Of a stretch of DNA of 64,000 nucleotides, positions 1-9,536 are shown piece after piece. The number at the start of each line of letters is the position of its first letter. Positions within the stretch are counted from its first letter, which is position 1. A program made the translations under genes and the position numbers. A model generated the notes under the pieces. The model worked only from the letters and a program-made list of their open reading frames with translations. It made no database searches and was not told the DNA's origin. Source of the DNA: an uncultured virus (IMG/VR IMGVR_UViG_3300021960_000052) (lineage: Duplodnaviria; Heunggongvirae; Uroviricota; Caudoviricetes). The stretch lies in IMG/VR virus record IMGVR_UViG_3300021960_000052. The stretch is one strand, 5' to 3'.

Positions 1-128
1 GAATTCTCTGGTGTGTCTGTGTCTATCCACTCATAGGTTTTGTTAGGTGGATACTTAGCATAGAACAATTCTTGTTCCCATGCTGAATCAAAAGGTGATG
101 AATATAATTTAAAATCTAACTGCGACAT
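1..128 (-). CDS. 5' part of a hypothetical protein running off the window edge (MSQLDFKLYSSPFDSAWEQELFYAKYPPNK...)
   Basis: ATG at 128 (minus) is open to the edge. It lies 5 nt downstream of a late-promoter-like ATAAGTA (134-140) and just after the capsid terminator. Confidence 0.6.
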   Translation of the reverse strand, partial: MSQLDFKLYSSPFDSAWEQELFYAKYPPNKTYEWIDTDTPEN

Positions 129-158
129 GCAATTACTTATTGTTTAGAAACTAAGGTC

Positions 159-189
159 AAAAAAAAGCACACCCGAAAGTGTGCTTTTT
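159..189 (-). terminator. Rho-independent terminator after the major capsid gene
   Basis: Minus strand reads AGCACAC-U-UUCG-G-GUGUGCU followed by a U run; UUCG tetraloops are typical of T4-like terminators. Confidence 0.9.
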
Positions 190-226
190 AATTTTTCTAA
201 CTGTAGTAGTAACTACTGTTAATAAC

Positions 227-1402
227 TTAGCTAAATGATAAGTTAGAAACAGCAATCTCACCTAAATAGTCGGCCGCGTTACCAAAAGATGATGCAGAAT
301 TGGTAAGCTCGACGTAGCCATATCTAGTCATGAATGATACTACTGGTTCGAATGTAGCTGGATCCAATACAACGCCAGATGACATTAATGGAATGTATGG
401 GCAGTAGAACGCCGCCGCATCAGCTTCTGATGAACCTTTATAACCAACTAAAACAGGAGTTGTGTCAGCCGCATATGAGTCAACATATACTTTCATAGCT
501 GAGTTCAATGTACCTACAAATTTAGTATTTGTTGGTGCTTCGAATGTACCTTCTGTTGAACGTGCAAACGCTGAAGTTGTAGCTGATTGTAATACTGTTA
601 AAGCCGCTGGTGAAACAACAGCCCAGTTACCAGCACCACGTCTTGTGCGTTGTGCAATCAAGTTAGCTGTTCTGTTGATTAGAACTGCTAAAGCCGCATG
701 TTCATCACCAACGAAAGTAGCTGTACCTGATACAGTTGCTTGGTTGTATGTAAATTCTGTTGCTGATAATGAACGTAATGAAGCTAAAACTTCTTGGTCG
801 ATCTCAGCAGTAATTTCTTGTGCTAGAGCCGCCATAACTTCTGCTTCTACGTCAATACCGTGTTGTGACTGAGCGTCTTGTGCCGCTTCAAATGTCCAAC
901 GTGCTTGTAATTTACGTGTTTTTGCTTCAACTGCTTGTTTTAAGATTTGTACAGAAATCTTACGACCGCCTGTACCTTCTTTACCTGCTGTTGAGTCTGC
1001 TTTACCAGCAGTGCCATCACCAGCGTATGCTGTTGAAATCTGGAATGGTGATAATGCTTCATCACCAGCTGTTGTATCATTGTCAGTACCTGTAGCGTTT
1101 AATGTTTCTGCATAACGTACACGTAATGTATGAATTTGACCAACTGGGCCTGTCATTGGTTGTACACCAACGATTTCGTTTGCGATCACTGTTGGCATAA
1201 CTCGACGAATAACTGGTAGAATTACACGGTTAAGTGTTGCTACGTTACCACCTGCTGTTGCGCCTGATGTAGCCGCTTCAGCTAAGTAATTTTTTGTGTT
1301 TTCTAAAATAACACCCATTGAGTTGCGTTTGTTACCTTGCAGACCCTCTAAAAGAGCGTCTTTTGTCTCACCCCAACGGCTTTCAAGTAGTTCTTGTGAC
1401 AT
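227..1402 (-). CDS. gp23: Major capsid protein (T4 gp23-like)
   Basis: Motifs VGVQPMTGPVGQI, VEAKTRKLQARWT.E..QD, EITAEID, AFYCPYIPL and DPATFEPV..FMTRYG. Confidence 0.97.
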   Translation of the reverse strand: MSQELLESRWGETKDALLEGLQGNKRNSMGVILENTKNYLAEAATSGATAGGNVATLNRVILPVIRRVMPTVIANEIVGVQPMTGPVGQIHTLRVRYAETLNATGTDNDTTAGDEALSPFQISTAYAGDGTAGKADSTAGKEGTGGRKISVQILKQAVEAKTRKLQARWTFEAAQDAQSQHGIDVEAEVMAALAQEITAEIDQEVLASLRSLSATEFTYNQATVSGTATFVGDEHAALAVLINRTANLIAQRTRRGAGNWAVVSPAALTVLQSATTSAFARSTEGTFEAPTNTKFVGTLNSAMKVYVDSYAADTTPVLVGYKGSSEADAAAFYCPYIPLMSSGVVLDPATFEPVVSFMTRYGYVELTNSASSFGNAADYLGEIAVSNLSFS

Positions 1403-1423
1403 ATCTTTCTCCTAATGTCTTAC

Positions 1424-2518
1424 TTAAATACCAGCAAGTTTGCGAAGGTCGATAATGTTTCCATTTTCGTCTTGCTTAACTTCAACTTGCTTGTCTTTAT
1501 CCCCAGTAACTTCCTTAACAGATTCTGTAAGTGTTGTTTTTTTAGACTTCACTACATTCTCGTTAAGCACCGCTGGAAGATATTTGTTAAAGGCACTTTC
1601 TAATTTCTTAGTTTGTACGCCTTCTAATAAATTAATCATAACTTCTGCTTTCTCATCATTTAGAGGAGCAAGTAAATCGTCTAATTTAGCTTGACGCTCA
1701 TTAGACTCTTTTATTGTTACAATCTCTTGGTCTCTTGACTCAACCAACTGTGTAGTTTCGTTGAGTTTATCGGTTGCTTCTGCAATTTGCTGATCTTTTT
1801 CTTTAATTGCATCAACTAGTTTACGAATTTCTGCGTTCTCATTTAAATGAGTTGCGCCAAATTCACTAGCAAATGCTTCAAAGATTTTTCTACCAAAGGT
1901 GTTCTCACGAGCAACTTTGATATCTTCATGCAACTGCGAAAGTTCTGCTTTCAAATGCTTGGCAACGGCATTAGTCATTTTCTCGCTTGATTCTTTGAGG
2001 AACTTAGCTTTAAGTTCTTCTAGTTTCTCACGAGCTTCTGCTACAAGTTTAACTTTAGTCTCTACAACGTCCTGTTTATCTTGTGCAAATTCTTTAATTT
2101 CTTCTGCTAATGCTTTAACCACAAACTGTTCTAATTTTTCAATTGTTTCAGTTTGTACCTTTCTGTCTGAACGAAGATCTTTAAGTTCCTCAGCTAATTT
2201 AGTAACCATAAAGTTATTAAATTTTTCTGCTGATTCTTTCATTTTGTTAACTTGGTTAACACGGTCTTCTGCTAATTTGGCTTTTTCTTCCTGCATTTCA
2301 GCCATTTCGGTTTTCAAACTTTCAGTTACCATGCGATCGATTGCTTCAACCATTGTTTGTTTATCATGCTCATACTTTTGAGCGAACTCCTCACGAAGTT
2401 CAGCACGAACAGATTCGCGAGTTTCTTCTAACTTAGATTCCCATGCTTCTGATATTTCAGCACGTGTCTCCTCGTTAACTAGGTCGCTATCTAATAATGG
2501 TTTTAGTACATCTAGCAT
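1424..2518 (-). CDS. gp22: Prohead core scaffolding protein (gp22-like)
   Basis: Long E/K-rich coiled coil between the protease and capsid genes (T4 synteny); GGAG Shine-Dalgarno (SD) upstream. Confidence 0.85.
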   Translation of the reverse strand: MLDVLKPLLDSDLVNEETRAEISEAWESKLEETRESVRAELREEFAQKYEHDKQTMVEAIDRMVTESLKTEMAEMQEEKAKLAEDRVNQVNKMKESAEKFNNFMVTKLAEELKDLRSDRKVQTETIEKLEQFVVKALAEEIKEFAQDKQDVVETKVKLVAEAREKLEELKAKFLKESSEKMTNAVAKHLKAELSQLHEDIKVARENTFGRKIFEAFASEFGATHLNENAEIRKLVDAIKEKDQQIAEATDKLNETTQLVESRDQEIVTIKESNERQAKLDDLLAPLNDEKAEVMINLLEGVQTKKLESAFNKYLPAVLNENVVKSKKTTLTESVKEVTGDKDKQVEVKQDENGNIIDLRKLAGI

Positions 2519-2530
2519 GCCATTCTCCTA

Positions 2531-3160
2531 TTAAGCCTTCAGTTCTTTGATGAGTCGCATAACTTCACTCTTCAAATAACGTTGTACTTTAGCATCACCA
2601 CTAGCCTCTCTCGCCATCTCTAAAACATTATGACCGTGTCTCATGTTAATGAGACCTTCATAAATTGCTGTAGGATAAGCATTTGGAGCACTTGGTTGTG
2701 ACACGATGTCAACAGTGATAATTTCAAAATCACTGACTTGTCCTGAGTCTTCGTTAACGTTTCCGCTACCTCGACTCGAAACTCCTAACTTCACACCCGA
2801 CTCAAGCATAGTTTTCACTAGTTGACCCATCGGTGTTGGTAGAATCTTTAGTTTACCACATCCATTTGGACCGTCCATCCACATACTTTCAATCATATGC
2901 GATACACGATCAAGGTTGATTTTTAAATCATCTGGGTGATCAACTTCGCCTAAAACGCTATATCCACCTGATACTTGTTCGTTCAGTGTTTTAACTGCAC
3001 TTTCAATTTCAGTTACTGGATATACACGTTCGTTAGCGTTTTTTACACCACCCTGGATGCAGATACCTTTCATGTATAAATCTTTACCTTCTTGGCTAGA
3101 CTCAACAATTATGTTGGCCGCATTAAAGTTAAGATGTTCTTTTAAATATATGTTTGACAT
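2531..3160 (-). CDS. gp21: Prohead protease (gp21-like)
   Basis: Motifs GICIQ...NANERVYP, GEVDHP, GVSSRGSG and DIVSQPSAPNAY. Confidence 0.95.
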   Translation of the reverse strand: MSNIYLKEHLNFNAANIIVESSQEGKDLYMKGICIQGGVKNANERVYPVTEIESAVKTLNEQVSGGYSVLGEVDHPDDLKINLDRVSHMIESMWMDGPNGCGKLKILPTPMGQLVKTMLESGVKLGVSSRGSGNVNEDSGQVSDFEIITVDIVSQPSAPNAYPTAIYEGLINMRHGHNVLEMAREASGDAKVQRYLKSEVMRLIKELKA

Positions 3161-3188
3161 ATAAGGTATCCTCGTTTAAAAGTTTAAA

Positions 3189-3926
3189 TTAAACTTTCTT
3201 AAGATCTGGCTCTGTAGTAGCGCCTTGATCTTGTGCTTGAGGTGTTGCTGAACCTTTTTCTTCACCTTTTGATGCTTGTGGTTTAGCCACTGCACCTTTA
3301 GCACCGGCGTTAGCCGCTACTGGTGATTTAGTTTGGTCTGCACCTTCTTTTGTTTCTGGCTTTGTAGCTGGCTTAAGATCTGCACCTTCTTCAAGTGCTT
3401 CTTCTTCAGCAACTTCTTCAGCGTCTTCAACAACTTCTTCTGTTGTTTCTTCAGATTCCATAGGAACTTCCATTTCCATTTCTTCTGGTTCGCCTTCTTC
3501 AGCTTCTGGTTCGCCTTCTTCTTTTTCGTCAGTCATTAATTCTTCAAACTCAGCCATTAATTCGTCTAGTTTGTCTTCTAAGTCTACTACACGGTCTTCT
3601 AACTCTTCATGATCTTCTTCATGTTCGTCAGTTTCGCCGTCTTCGTCATAGTCAACTTCTTCTTCTGAAATACCTTCTTCATCAGCTTCAATATCTGAGA
3701 TTAAATCATCAGCTTCGTCGCCACCAACTTCTTGGTCTGTTTCAATTGATTCTTCAACTTCTTCGTCAGTTGATTCAGCAACTTCTTCTGTTGCTTCTTC
3801 TTCTGCCATTAACTCTTCGTAGATGTCACGTGACTTTTCAACCACTACATCATGGAAAAGCTCTTTAGCTTTTTCTTCTTCGTCGTTAATGATATACTCA
3901 ATTAACTGTTCAAATTTATTTTCCAT
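3189..3926 (-). CDS. Highly acidic prohead core protein (gp67-like position)
   Basis: Very E/D-rich low-complexity protein between portal and protease; late-promoter-like TAAATA at 3960-3965. Confidence 0.65.
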   Translation of the reverse strand: MENKFEQLIEYIINDEEEKAKELFHDVVVEKSRDIYEELMAEEEATEEVAESTDEEVEESIETDQEVGGDEADDLISDIEADEEGISEEEVDYDEDGETDEHEEDHEELEDRVVDLEDKLDELMAEFEELMTDEKEEGEPEAEEGEPEEMEMEVPMESEETTEEVVEDAEEVAEEEALEEGADLKPATKPETKEGADQTKSPVAANAGAKGAVAKPQASKGEEKGSATPQAQDQGATTEPDLKKV

Positions 3927-3999
3927 GTTTTTTTGTCTCCATATATGGCTTTGTGAATGTATTTACACTCTTTTTCTTAATATTGGTGTTTTTTTAGGT

Positions 4000-4027
4000 A
4001 AAAAGGCGCCTTTTTGGAGCCTTTTTT
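4000..4027 (-). terminator. Putative intrinsic terminator, possibly bidirectional
   Basis: AAAAAAGGCTCC-AAAAA-GGCGCCTTTTT inverted repeat with one mismatch, just after the 72-aa ORF. Confidence 0.6.
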
Positions 4028-4036
4028 AAGAAATGC

Positions 4037-4255
4037 TTATAATTGAGGTGCTTCTGCTGGTGCTCCGTACTGCCTTTGCACACGTTTAGCTTTTATTGTT
4101 TGTTCGTAAGTTCTTACGTCATTCATGATACGTAACTTGTTTAACTGCTTGAGAGTTAGTTTAGTTTTACGTAAGTCACCAATACGAGCCTTACTTTGAT
4201 CTTCGTTTTCGTCTTGGTAACCTGGATTTTTGTTGTATAATTCGTTGAGTATCAT
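4037..4255 (-). CDS. Small basic head-module protein (gp68-like position)
   Basis: 72 aa with LRKTKLTLKQLNKLR; directly downstream of portal with its own TATAAATA. Confidence 0.7.
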   Translation of the reverse strand: MILNELYNKNPGYQDENEDQSKARIGDLRKTKLTLKQLNKLRIMNDVRTYEQTIKAKRVQRQYGAPAEAPQL

Positions 4256-4260
4256 AATAG

Positions 4261-4268
4261 TATTTATA
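4261..4268 (-). promoter_or_regulatory. T4-type late promoter TATAAATA
   Basis: Exact gp55 consensus overlapping the portal stop codon, 5 nt before the ATG at 4255. Confidence 0.8.
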
Positions 4269-5958
4269 CTTCTTCGCCACCGGTTTCAGTATCTATATCT
4301 AGATCTGATGCTTCAAGGTCTGCACCAATTTCTTCGCCTGTGGTTAAATCTGCATCAATGTCGCCTGGGCTAATACCAACAGATCTTAAATCACTACCTG
4401 TGGTAGGTGTTGCTTCAATATTATCAGACTCTTCTTGCCATAGTTCTTCGTTTTGGCGTAGCTCTTCTTCACTTAATCCTAAGAAACGTTGCATAGCAAA
4501 ACGTTTGCTGATATACGGCATTCCTTCTAGTGCTGTAAACACATTAACACGCTGTGCATCTAACTCTGCTTGTCTGTATGATGCAAAGTTTTGTGGTGGA
4601 TTAAATTTTAAGTTAAACAGTGATGAGTCAATGTTAAAGCCTCTAAAGCGTAAGAACATTTTAAATTCATCATCTAGTTTATTAATGATTTGGTTCTGCA
4701 GACGCATACAGTATTGATTAAATCTGTATTCTTGAATAAGTGCTGTGCCAACTCTACCGTCACTTAACGCCTGTGATGATTCATCTGGGCCAGTAGGCAA
4801 GTATGAACTTGGAACTCTTAGGCCACGTGATAATTTATTGTTAAAGTATTTTAAGTCGTCAATCTCGCCTAGGTTTTGTCCACCTGGTAATGTTTCAACA
4901 CTGGATCCTCTACCGTCTGCTGTTAAAGGAAAGAAGTAATCTTCATTAATTGATAATGGATTGTAGGTAGCATCTACCATGCTACCGCCACCACTCTGTG
5001 TAGGAATACGTCGTTGATGTATTTCGTTTTTAATACGTTCTACAAAAGCCATTGCCATATGACTTGGCATATTACCTACGTCAATTTTGAAGATTCTACG
5101 CTCTGGTGCACGTTGCACACGGTATATCAATATAGCATCTTCTAACAGTTCTTTTTGCTTGTAGACCTTATAAACGTTTTCTAATACTGATGTTCCAAAT
5201 GGCCATTTATAATCTAAACCTTCTGATAATGATAAGTGTACCACATGTCCTGCTTCTAACGCACTTTCATTCATTGACTGTCCAAAACGACCTTGCCCAC
5301 CAGATGACATAGCATTTGGTGCTGAATATTGATTAGGTGCAGTATAGCCTCCCTGTGTTGCAGGGTTAGATGCTACGTCTTGTGTTGTTTTGGCCGCTAC
5401 TGTTAAGTTTTCAAAATTAGGATTAATATCTCTAATTATATATTGCTCAGGCTTTTTACCTTCAGACTCGTTAACAATAACTCTTGATACTTTGGACATA
5501 TCAACCCAGTACAATTCAAATGTTTCTGGATCACGTACAAATACTTGATCTCCGTATTTGATAGTATTTCTAAATAGTTTAAAAATACGTTGATCAAATT
5601 GGTTAAGTTTAGTCCACTGTTGTAGTTGTTTTTTAATAATATCAACTTCGTGGTCTGTTGGTTTTTCTGTAAAGGCTATTTCAAATGATGTACCATTTTG
5701 ATCGTTTGTCTGTGTTGAAAATTCTGCAATAATATCTAGACATGCGTTGATTTCTGAATCCATATCCATTGCTTCGTATTGATTATAACGTTCAACACGA
5801 TTAGGATGTCCTGAGTAGACTTCTGGTAAACTTGATTGATAATTACGGAATGCAAAATCGTTGCCACCACTACCTTGTGGTCTGTTAGCACCACTGATTG
5901 GACTCATTGTTCCATCTGTGCGTTCAGGTACTTTAAAATATTTTTTCCAACTTGCCAT
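4264..5958 (-). CDS. gp20: Portal vertex protein (gp20-like)
   Basis: Motifs LEDAILIYRVQRAPERRIFKIDVGNMP, EDYFFP and GRGSSVETLPGGQNLGEIDDLKYF. Confidence 0.97.
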   Translation of the reverse strand: MASWKKYFKVPERTDGTMSPISGANRPQGSGGNDFAFRNYQSSLPEVYSGHPNRVERYNQYEAMDMDSEINACLDIIAEFSTQTNDQNGTSFEIAFTEKPTDHEVDIIKKQLQQWTKLNQFDQRIFKLFRNTIKYGDQVFVRDPETFELYWVDMSKVSRVIVNESEGKKPEQYIIRDINPNFENLTVAAKTTQDVASNPATQGGYTAPNQYSAPNAMSSGGQGRFGQSMNESALEAGHVVHLSLSEGLDYKWPFGTSVLENVYKVYKQKELLEDAILIYRVQRAPERRIFKIDVGNMPSHMAMAFVERIKNEIHQRRIPTQSGGGSMVDATYNPLSINEDYFFPLTADGRGSSVETLPGGQNLGEIDDLKYFNNKLSRGLRVPSSYLPTGPDESSQALSDGRVGTALIQEYRFNQYCMRLQNQIINKLDDEFKMFLRFRGFNIDSSLFNLKFNPPQNFASYRQAELDAQRVNVFTALEGMPYISKRFAMQRFLGLSEEELRQNEELWQEESDNIEATPTTGSDLRSVGISPGDIDADLTTGEEIGADLEASDLDIDTETGGEEV

Positions 5959-5972
5959 AGAATAACCTTTTG

Positions 5973-6022
5973 TATTTAGATAGTATTTATCGCTATTCTA
6001 AACTTTAGCAAATAAAAGTCAA
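5973..6022 (-). promoter_or_regulatory. Portal promoter region: late GATAAATA (5984-5991), CTAAATA (5973-5979) and a possible sigma70 TTGACT-16nt-TAGAAT (6022-5995)
   Basis: Motifs read directly from the intergenic sequence; the sigma70 call is weaker. Confidence 0.6.
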
Positions 6023-6046
6023 AAGGTCAATAGAAATTTAGCCAAA

Positions 6047-8167
6047 TTATGATAAATGAGCACGAGTCTGCTCACTGACACTAATGTGTCGTCCGGTTAA
6101 TCTAATAAGTTCATCAAGTTTGGCGTTTTGTTGTTGTATTAATTCTGTGTTACCGCTTGTTGTTGGTCCTGTTGCTGTGGCCATAGCAGTAGTGGATTCA
6201 GTGCCAACCCCTAACATTGATAACAATGAGGATGCTATTGGACTGCTTGACGTGCCTGCTGATGATCTTACTGGACCGCCGGTTGGGCCTGACATTAACG
6301 ACTTGGCCATTGCATCAACATTAATTGATACTGGCACTGTTCTACCGTCTGGTAATGGGATAATTGCTTCTGTACCGTGTAACATAGCAAGTTTACCAGA
6401 ATCTGGATAGTTGGCTATGCCACCAAAAGCATACTTGTCTGGTGTAAAATTATCATAACTAGCATTTTTTTGAAGACTACTGCTAACTATCCAAGATTCC
6501 TTAAACGATTTCTTCTCGTCTTCAACAATTTTGGCTTTTTCTTCTGGAGTTAATTTTACTGCGTCCATCTTTTCTGAGTTAAACTGCTCCATAAATGTCA
6601 ACTCTTTTACGGCTTTTTTCTGACGAGCATTTTCAACAGCACGTTTAATTCTATTATCTAATTGTTCATCAGCAACTTGTTTATCTGCTTCGTCTTCGTT
6701 ATCGGATAATCCTAAGCCAAATATTTTATCAAGTGTTGATCTGTGTTTGACTGGTCTTTCATCTCCTCCGCCTTTACCAAGTAACTCATCAAAGCCTTTC
6801 TTAGCGGCCTCCATCATATCCTTGAGTGCACCAGTTAAACCTTCTACAATCTCACCAGTCATTGGCATAAAATCTAAAATTAATTTGTTTAGATTCATGG
6901 TAAAGTCTTCCATGTTCTTAATTGACTTTGCCATTGAGCTTTGTAAAGGGTCTGTGCCTTTCATTTGGTCAGCTTGTTGTTTTCTTAATGCGTATTCTTC
7001 TTGCATGGCTCTGTTGCCTAGTCTAGCAAATTCTGCACCGTTAGCAGTAACCATGTTAGCATCGCCAAGTACCTTAGCACTTGATAGATACTGTTGATTA
7101 GTTTGCCCAACAGCCCCAGATAATTGATTTAACGCAGTAGTAGAGCTTAAAGAACCATTTTCAATTTGTTTTAAAATTTGCTGAATACTACCACCACTTC
7201 TGATCATTAATTGTTGACCTTCAGCAATAGTACCAGTGCCAGCAGTAGCAATATCTCTAGCACCAGTGGCAATAGCAGGAGCAAACGCATCAACAGCCGA
7301 TACAAAGTTCTGTAGTTCCCTGGCTTCTTTTACTTTACCTTGGGCCAATAATTCTTGAATCTTAGCATTAAATCTTGTTTCTGCTAACATGGCTTGCTGG
7401 CGTTCTTGTAGAGCTTTTCTGTTATCACCTGTTACTCTTGATAACATGTCTAACTCTTTCATGTACCCTGCTGTTGAGCTAGTTAGCTGTTGTGTTGATC
7501 TGCCTTGCGTCATGCCCAACAATGTTTGTTGTTGCATGTAACCGGCTGTGATGTCTGCTATTTCTTCAGCACCATAACCTAGCTGACGTGTAAAACCGTA
7601 TTGATCGCTAGATAACGATGATGTCATTTCGCTAAATGCTTTAGTACCCGACATAGCACTACCACTCATGGCCGCCAGTGTTTTACCGTTAGCAACTATT
7701 ACACGACCAAACTGTTCAAGACTTAATCGTGAACTAAATGCTTGATCGGCAAAACTTTGCATGCCTCCAGCACCTAACACACCTGACTTACTTACAGATT
7801 GAAATACACCTGCTTGTTTGCTTAGTTCAGTGACTAAAAATTTAGAAGAATCGACAGCAACTTGAGCCAGTTTGCCTAGGCCTTGTCCAACGAACGGAAC
7901 GCTTTTGGCTAAACCTACCATTGCGCCACCCAAGGCATCAATAACAGGTAGTAAAGAATTAAATCCTTTTTCGCCTGCTAACATCGAGTTTGAAAAACTT
8001 TTTACACCTGAGCCTATATTACCTAGGTGCTCTTTACCAAATTTCATAAGGCCGTTGTTAACGTCGCCGATACGTTTGTTCATATCACCGGTTACTTTAC
8101 CTGTTTTAGCAAATTCGTTTCTGAGAGCCTCTAACTCCCGTTGCATCTGTTCTGCGTTTTCGTCCAT
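6047..8167 (-). CDS. Tape-measure-like tail protein
   Basis: 706-aa A/G/Q/S-rich helical protein with C-terminal AFGGIA...G..AMLHGTEAIIPL, a motif typical of tape measure proteins; divergent from the gp26-like gene. Confidence 0.7.
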   Translation of the reverse strand: MDENAEQMQRELEALRNEFAKTGKVTGDMNKRIGDVNNGLMKFGKEHLGNIGSGVKSFSNSMLAGEKGFNSLLPVIDALGGAMVGLAKSVPFVGQGLGKLAQVAVDSSKFLVTELSKQAGVFQSVSKSGVLGAGGMQSFADQAFSSRLSLEQFGRVIVANGKTLAAMSGSAMSGTKAFSEMTSSLSSDQYGFTRQLGYGAEEIADITAGYMQQQTLLGMTQGRSTQQLTSSTAGYMKELDMLSRVTGDNRKALQERQQAMLAETRFNAKIQELLAQGKVKEARELQNFVSAVDAFAPAIATGARDIATAGTGTIAEGQQLMIRSGGSIQQILKQIENGSLSSTTALNQLSGAVGQTNQQYLSSAKVLGDANMVTANGAEFARLGNRAMQEEYALRKQQADQMKGTDPLQSSMAKSIKNMEDFTMNLNKLILDFMPMTGEIVEGLTGALKDMMEAAKKGFDELLGKGGGDERPVKHRSTLDKIFGLGLSDNEDEADKQVADEQLDNRIKRAVENARQKKAVKELTFMEQFNSEKMDAVKLTPEEKAKIVEDEKKSFKESWIVSSSLQKNASYDNFTPDKYAFGGIANYPDSGKLAMLHGTEAIIPLPDGRTVPVSINVDAMAKSLMSGPTGGPVRSSAGTSSSPIASSLLSMLGVGTESTTAMATATGPTTSGNTELIQQQNAKLDELIRLTGRHISVSEQTRAHLS

Positions 8168-8192
8168 TAATTTTTACCTGGTTTTATACGTA

Positions 8193-8224
8193 TATAAATA
8201 TGTGTGTTATATAACATATTTATC
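8193..8224. promoter_or_regulatory. Face-to-face late promoters: TATAAATA (+, 8193-8200) and GATAAATA (-, 8217-8224)
   Basis: Both motifs sit in the 68-nt gap between divergent genes and flank the palindrome TGTTATATAACA (8205-8216). Confidence 0.7.
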
Positions 8225-8235
8225 GGAAAAAAACC

Positions 8236-9075
8236 ATGGCTGAAAATCAACAAAATCCGTTGAACAAATACTTTAGGCAACCAGCAATTTATGTTAAATT
8301 GCCTAGCAACGGAAAACATTATCCACCAGACAGTATACATATTCCAGCAAATGGAGAAATACCTATATACCCAATGACTGCAATGGATGAAATTATTACT
8401 AGGACCCCGGACGCACTGTTTAATGGGTCAGCAGTTGCACAGTTATTTCAAAGTTGTGTACCAAACATTAAAGATCCGTGGGTAATTCCACAAATTGATA
8501 TTGACATGTTGTTTACTGCAATACGTATTGCTAGTTACGGTCATGAAATGGAATTAGAATTTACTTGCCCACATTGTTTAGAAACTGATAATTTTGCTTT
8601 AGATCTTAGACAGGTAATTGACCAATATGGCATTCCAGACTTTGAACAAAATTTACAGGTTGGAGATTTAGAAATTTATTTTAGACCTCTTAACTATACA
8701 CAGATCAGTCAATCAGCACAGAAACAGTTTGAACAACAAAAACGTATTCAGTTAACATCGGCCGCTGAAAACGTCACTGATGATGACAAACTTAAAGCAA
8801 TGAGTGAAGCGTTAGCTGAAATTACCAAAATGACATTAGCAACAATGACTGAAAGTATTGCGGCTATTAAGTCAGATGGTCTTGTTATCGACAACCGAGA
8901 TCATATCAATGAGTTTATGAATAACATTGATAGAACGCTGTATGCAAGTATTAGAGATCATTTAACAGAAGTAAGATCTAAAGGGCAAATGAAACCTTTA
9001 ACTGTGTCCTGTAAAAAATGTAGTAAACCATTTGAACAACCATTTACTTTGGACTTATCAAATTTTTTCGTATGA
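8236..9075 (+). CDS. gp26: Baseplate hub assembly / tail-assembly chaperone protein (gp26-like)
   Basis: Motifs NPL..YFRQP.IY..LPS.G, PMTA.DE, D.D.L..AIRIASYG, two CxxC (CPHC, CKKC) and a C-terminal NFF. Confidence 0.8.
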   Translation: MAENQQNPLNKYFRQPAIYVKLPSNGKHYPPDSIHIPANGEIPIYPMTAMDEIITRTPDALFNGSAVAQLFQSCVPNIKDPWVIPQIDIDMLFTAIRIASYGHEMELEFTCPHCLETDNFALDLRQVIDQYGIPDFEQNLQVGDLEIYFRPLNYTQISQSAQKQFEQQKRIQLTSAAENVTDDDKLKAMSEALAEITKMTLATMTESIAAIKSDGLVIDNRDHINEFMNNIDRTLYASIRDHLTEVRSKGQMKPLTVSCKKCSKPFEQPFTLDLSNFFV

Positions 9076-9299
9076 GGCTCCTGACCGCTAGTTCTGAAGA
9101 AATTGAGGAACTAGTCGACAGTATGGACAAGGAGATTCGAAGTATCAAACAAGATAGTTTAAAACTTGCATGGTACATGAGAGGGGGCCTAAGTTACACA
9201 GAAGCTATGTACTTGAGTATGCAAGAACGTGAGATTATTTCTGAAATAATTAAAGACAACATAGAAACAACCAAAAAAACCAAAATGCCGTTCTTTTAA
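9072..9299 (+). CDS. Small gp51-like hub assembly protein, possibly the -1 frameshift extension of gp26
   Basis: WYMRGGLSY.EAM.LS..ERE motif; ATGA overlap with gp26 in the -1 frame, behind a T TTT TTC heptamer. Confidence 0.7.
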   Translation: MRLLTASSEEIEELVDSMDKEIRSIKQDSLKLAWYMRGGLSYTEAMYLSMQEREIISEIIKDNIETTKKTKMPFF

Positions 9300-9307
9300 C
9301 CAAAGAC

Positions 9308-9336
9308 TTGACATAAAAATCAAATTATGCTATATT
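9308..9336 (+). promoter_or_regulatory. Sigma70-type early promoter
   Basis: TTGACA (9308-9313), a 17-nt spacer ending in TGC (extended -10), then TATATT (9331-9336). Confidence 0.75.
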
Positions 9337-9380
9337 ACTATTAGGGCTGAAGTAATAACCCAATATAATTTAGACCGTAT

Positions 9381-9398
9381 ATATGCCAATTGGCATAT
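9381..9398. repeat. Perfect 18-bp palindrome ATATGCCAATTGGCATAT (candidate operator)
   Basis: Exact reverse-complement symmetry about 40 nt downstream of the sigma70 promoter. Confidence 0.6.
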
Positions 9399-9536
9399 TT
9401 TTAATAACTATGTAGATTATACGGAGTTAAGAGTCTAAATAAATTAATACTACGATAAAAAGTAGTATGTACCACAGCACTAACGTGGTAATCGATTAAG
9501 CAGTAATGCTTGATCTCTTTTTAGGAGGTAATACTT

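Noticed and set aside
3482..3521. 19-nt tandem duplication (EEGEPE twice) in the acidic core gene
   Set aside because: Ordinary slippage in a low-complexity coding region.
462..7097. Plus-strand ORFs antisense to head and tape measure genes (e.g. 462-872, 1899-2381, 4340-4717, 6084-6410)
   Set aside because: Shadow ORFs produced by codon bias of the real genes; no SD, promoter or recognisable motif.
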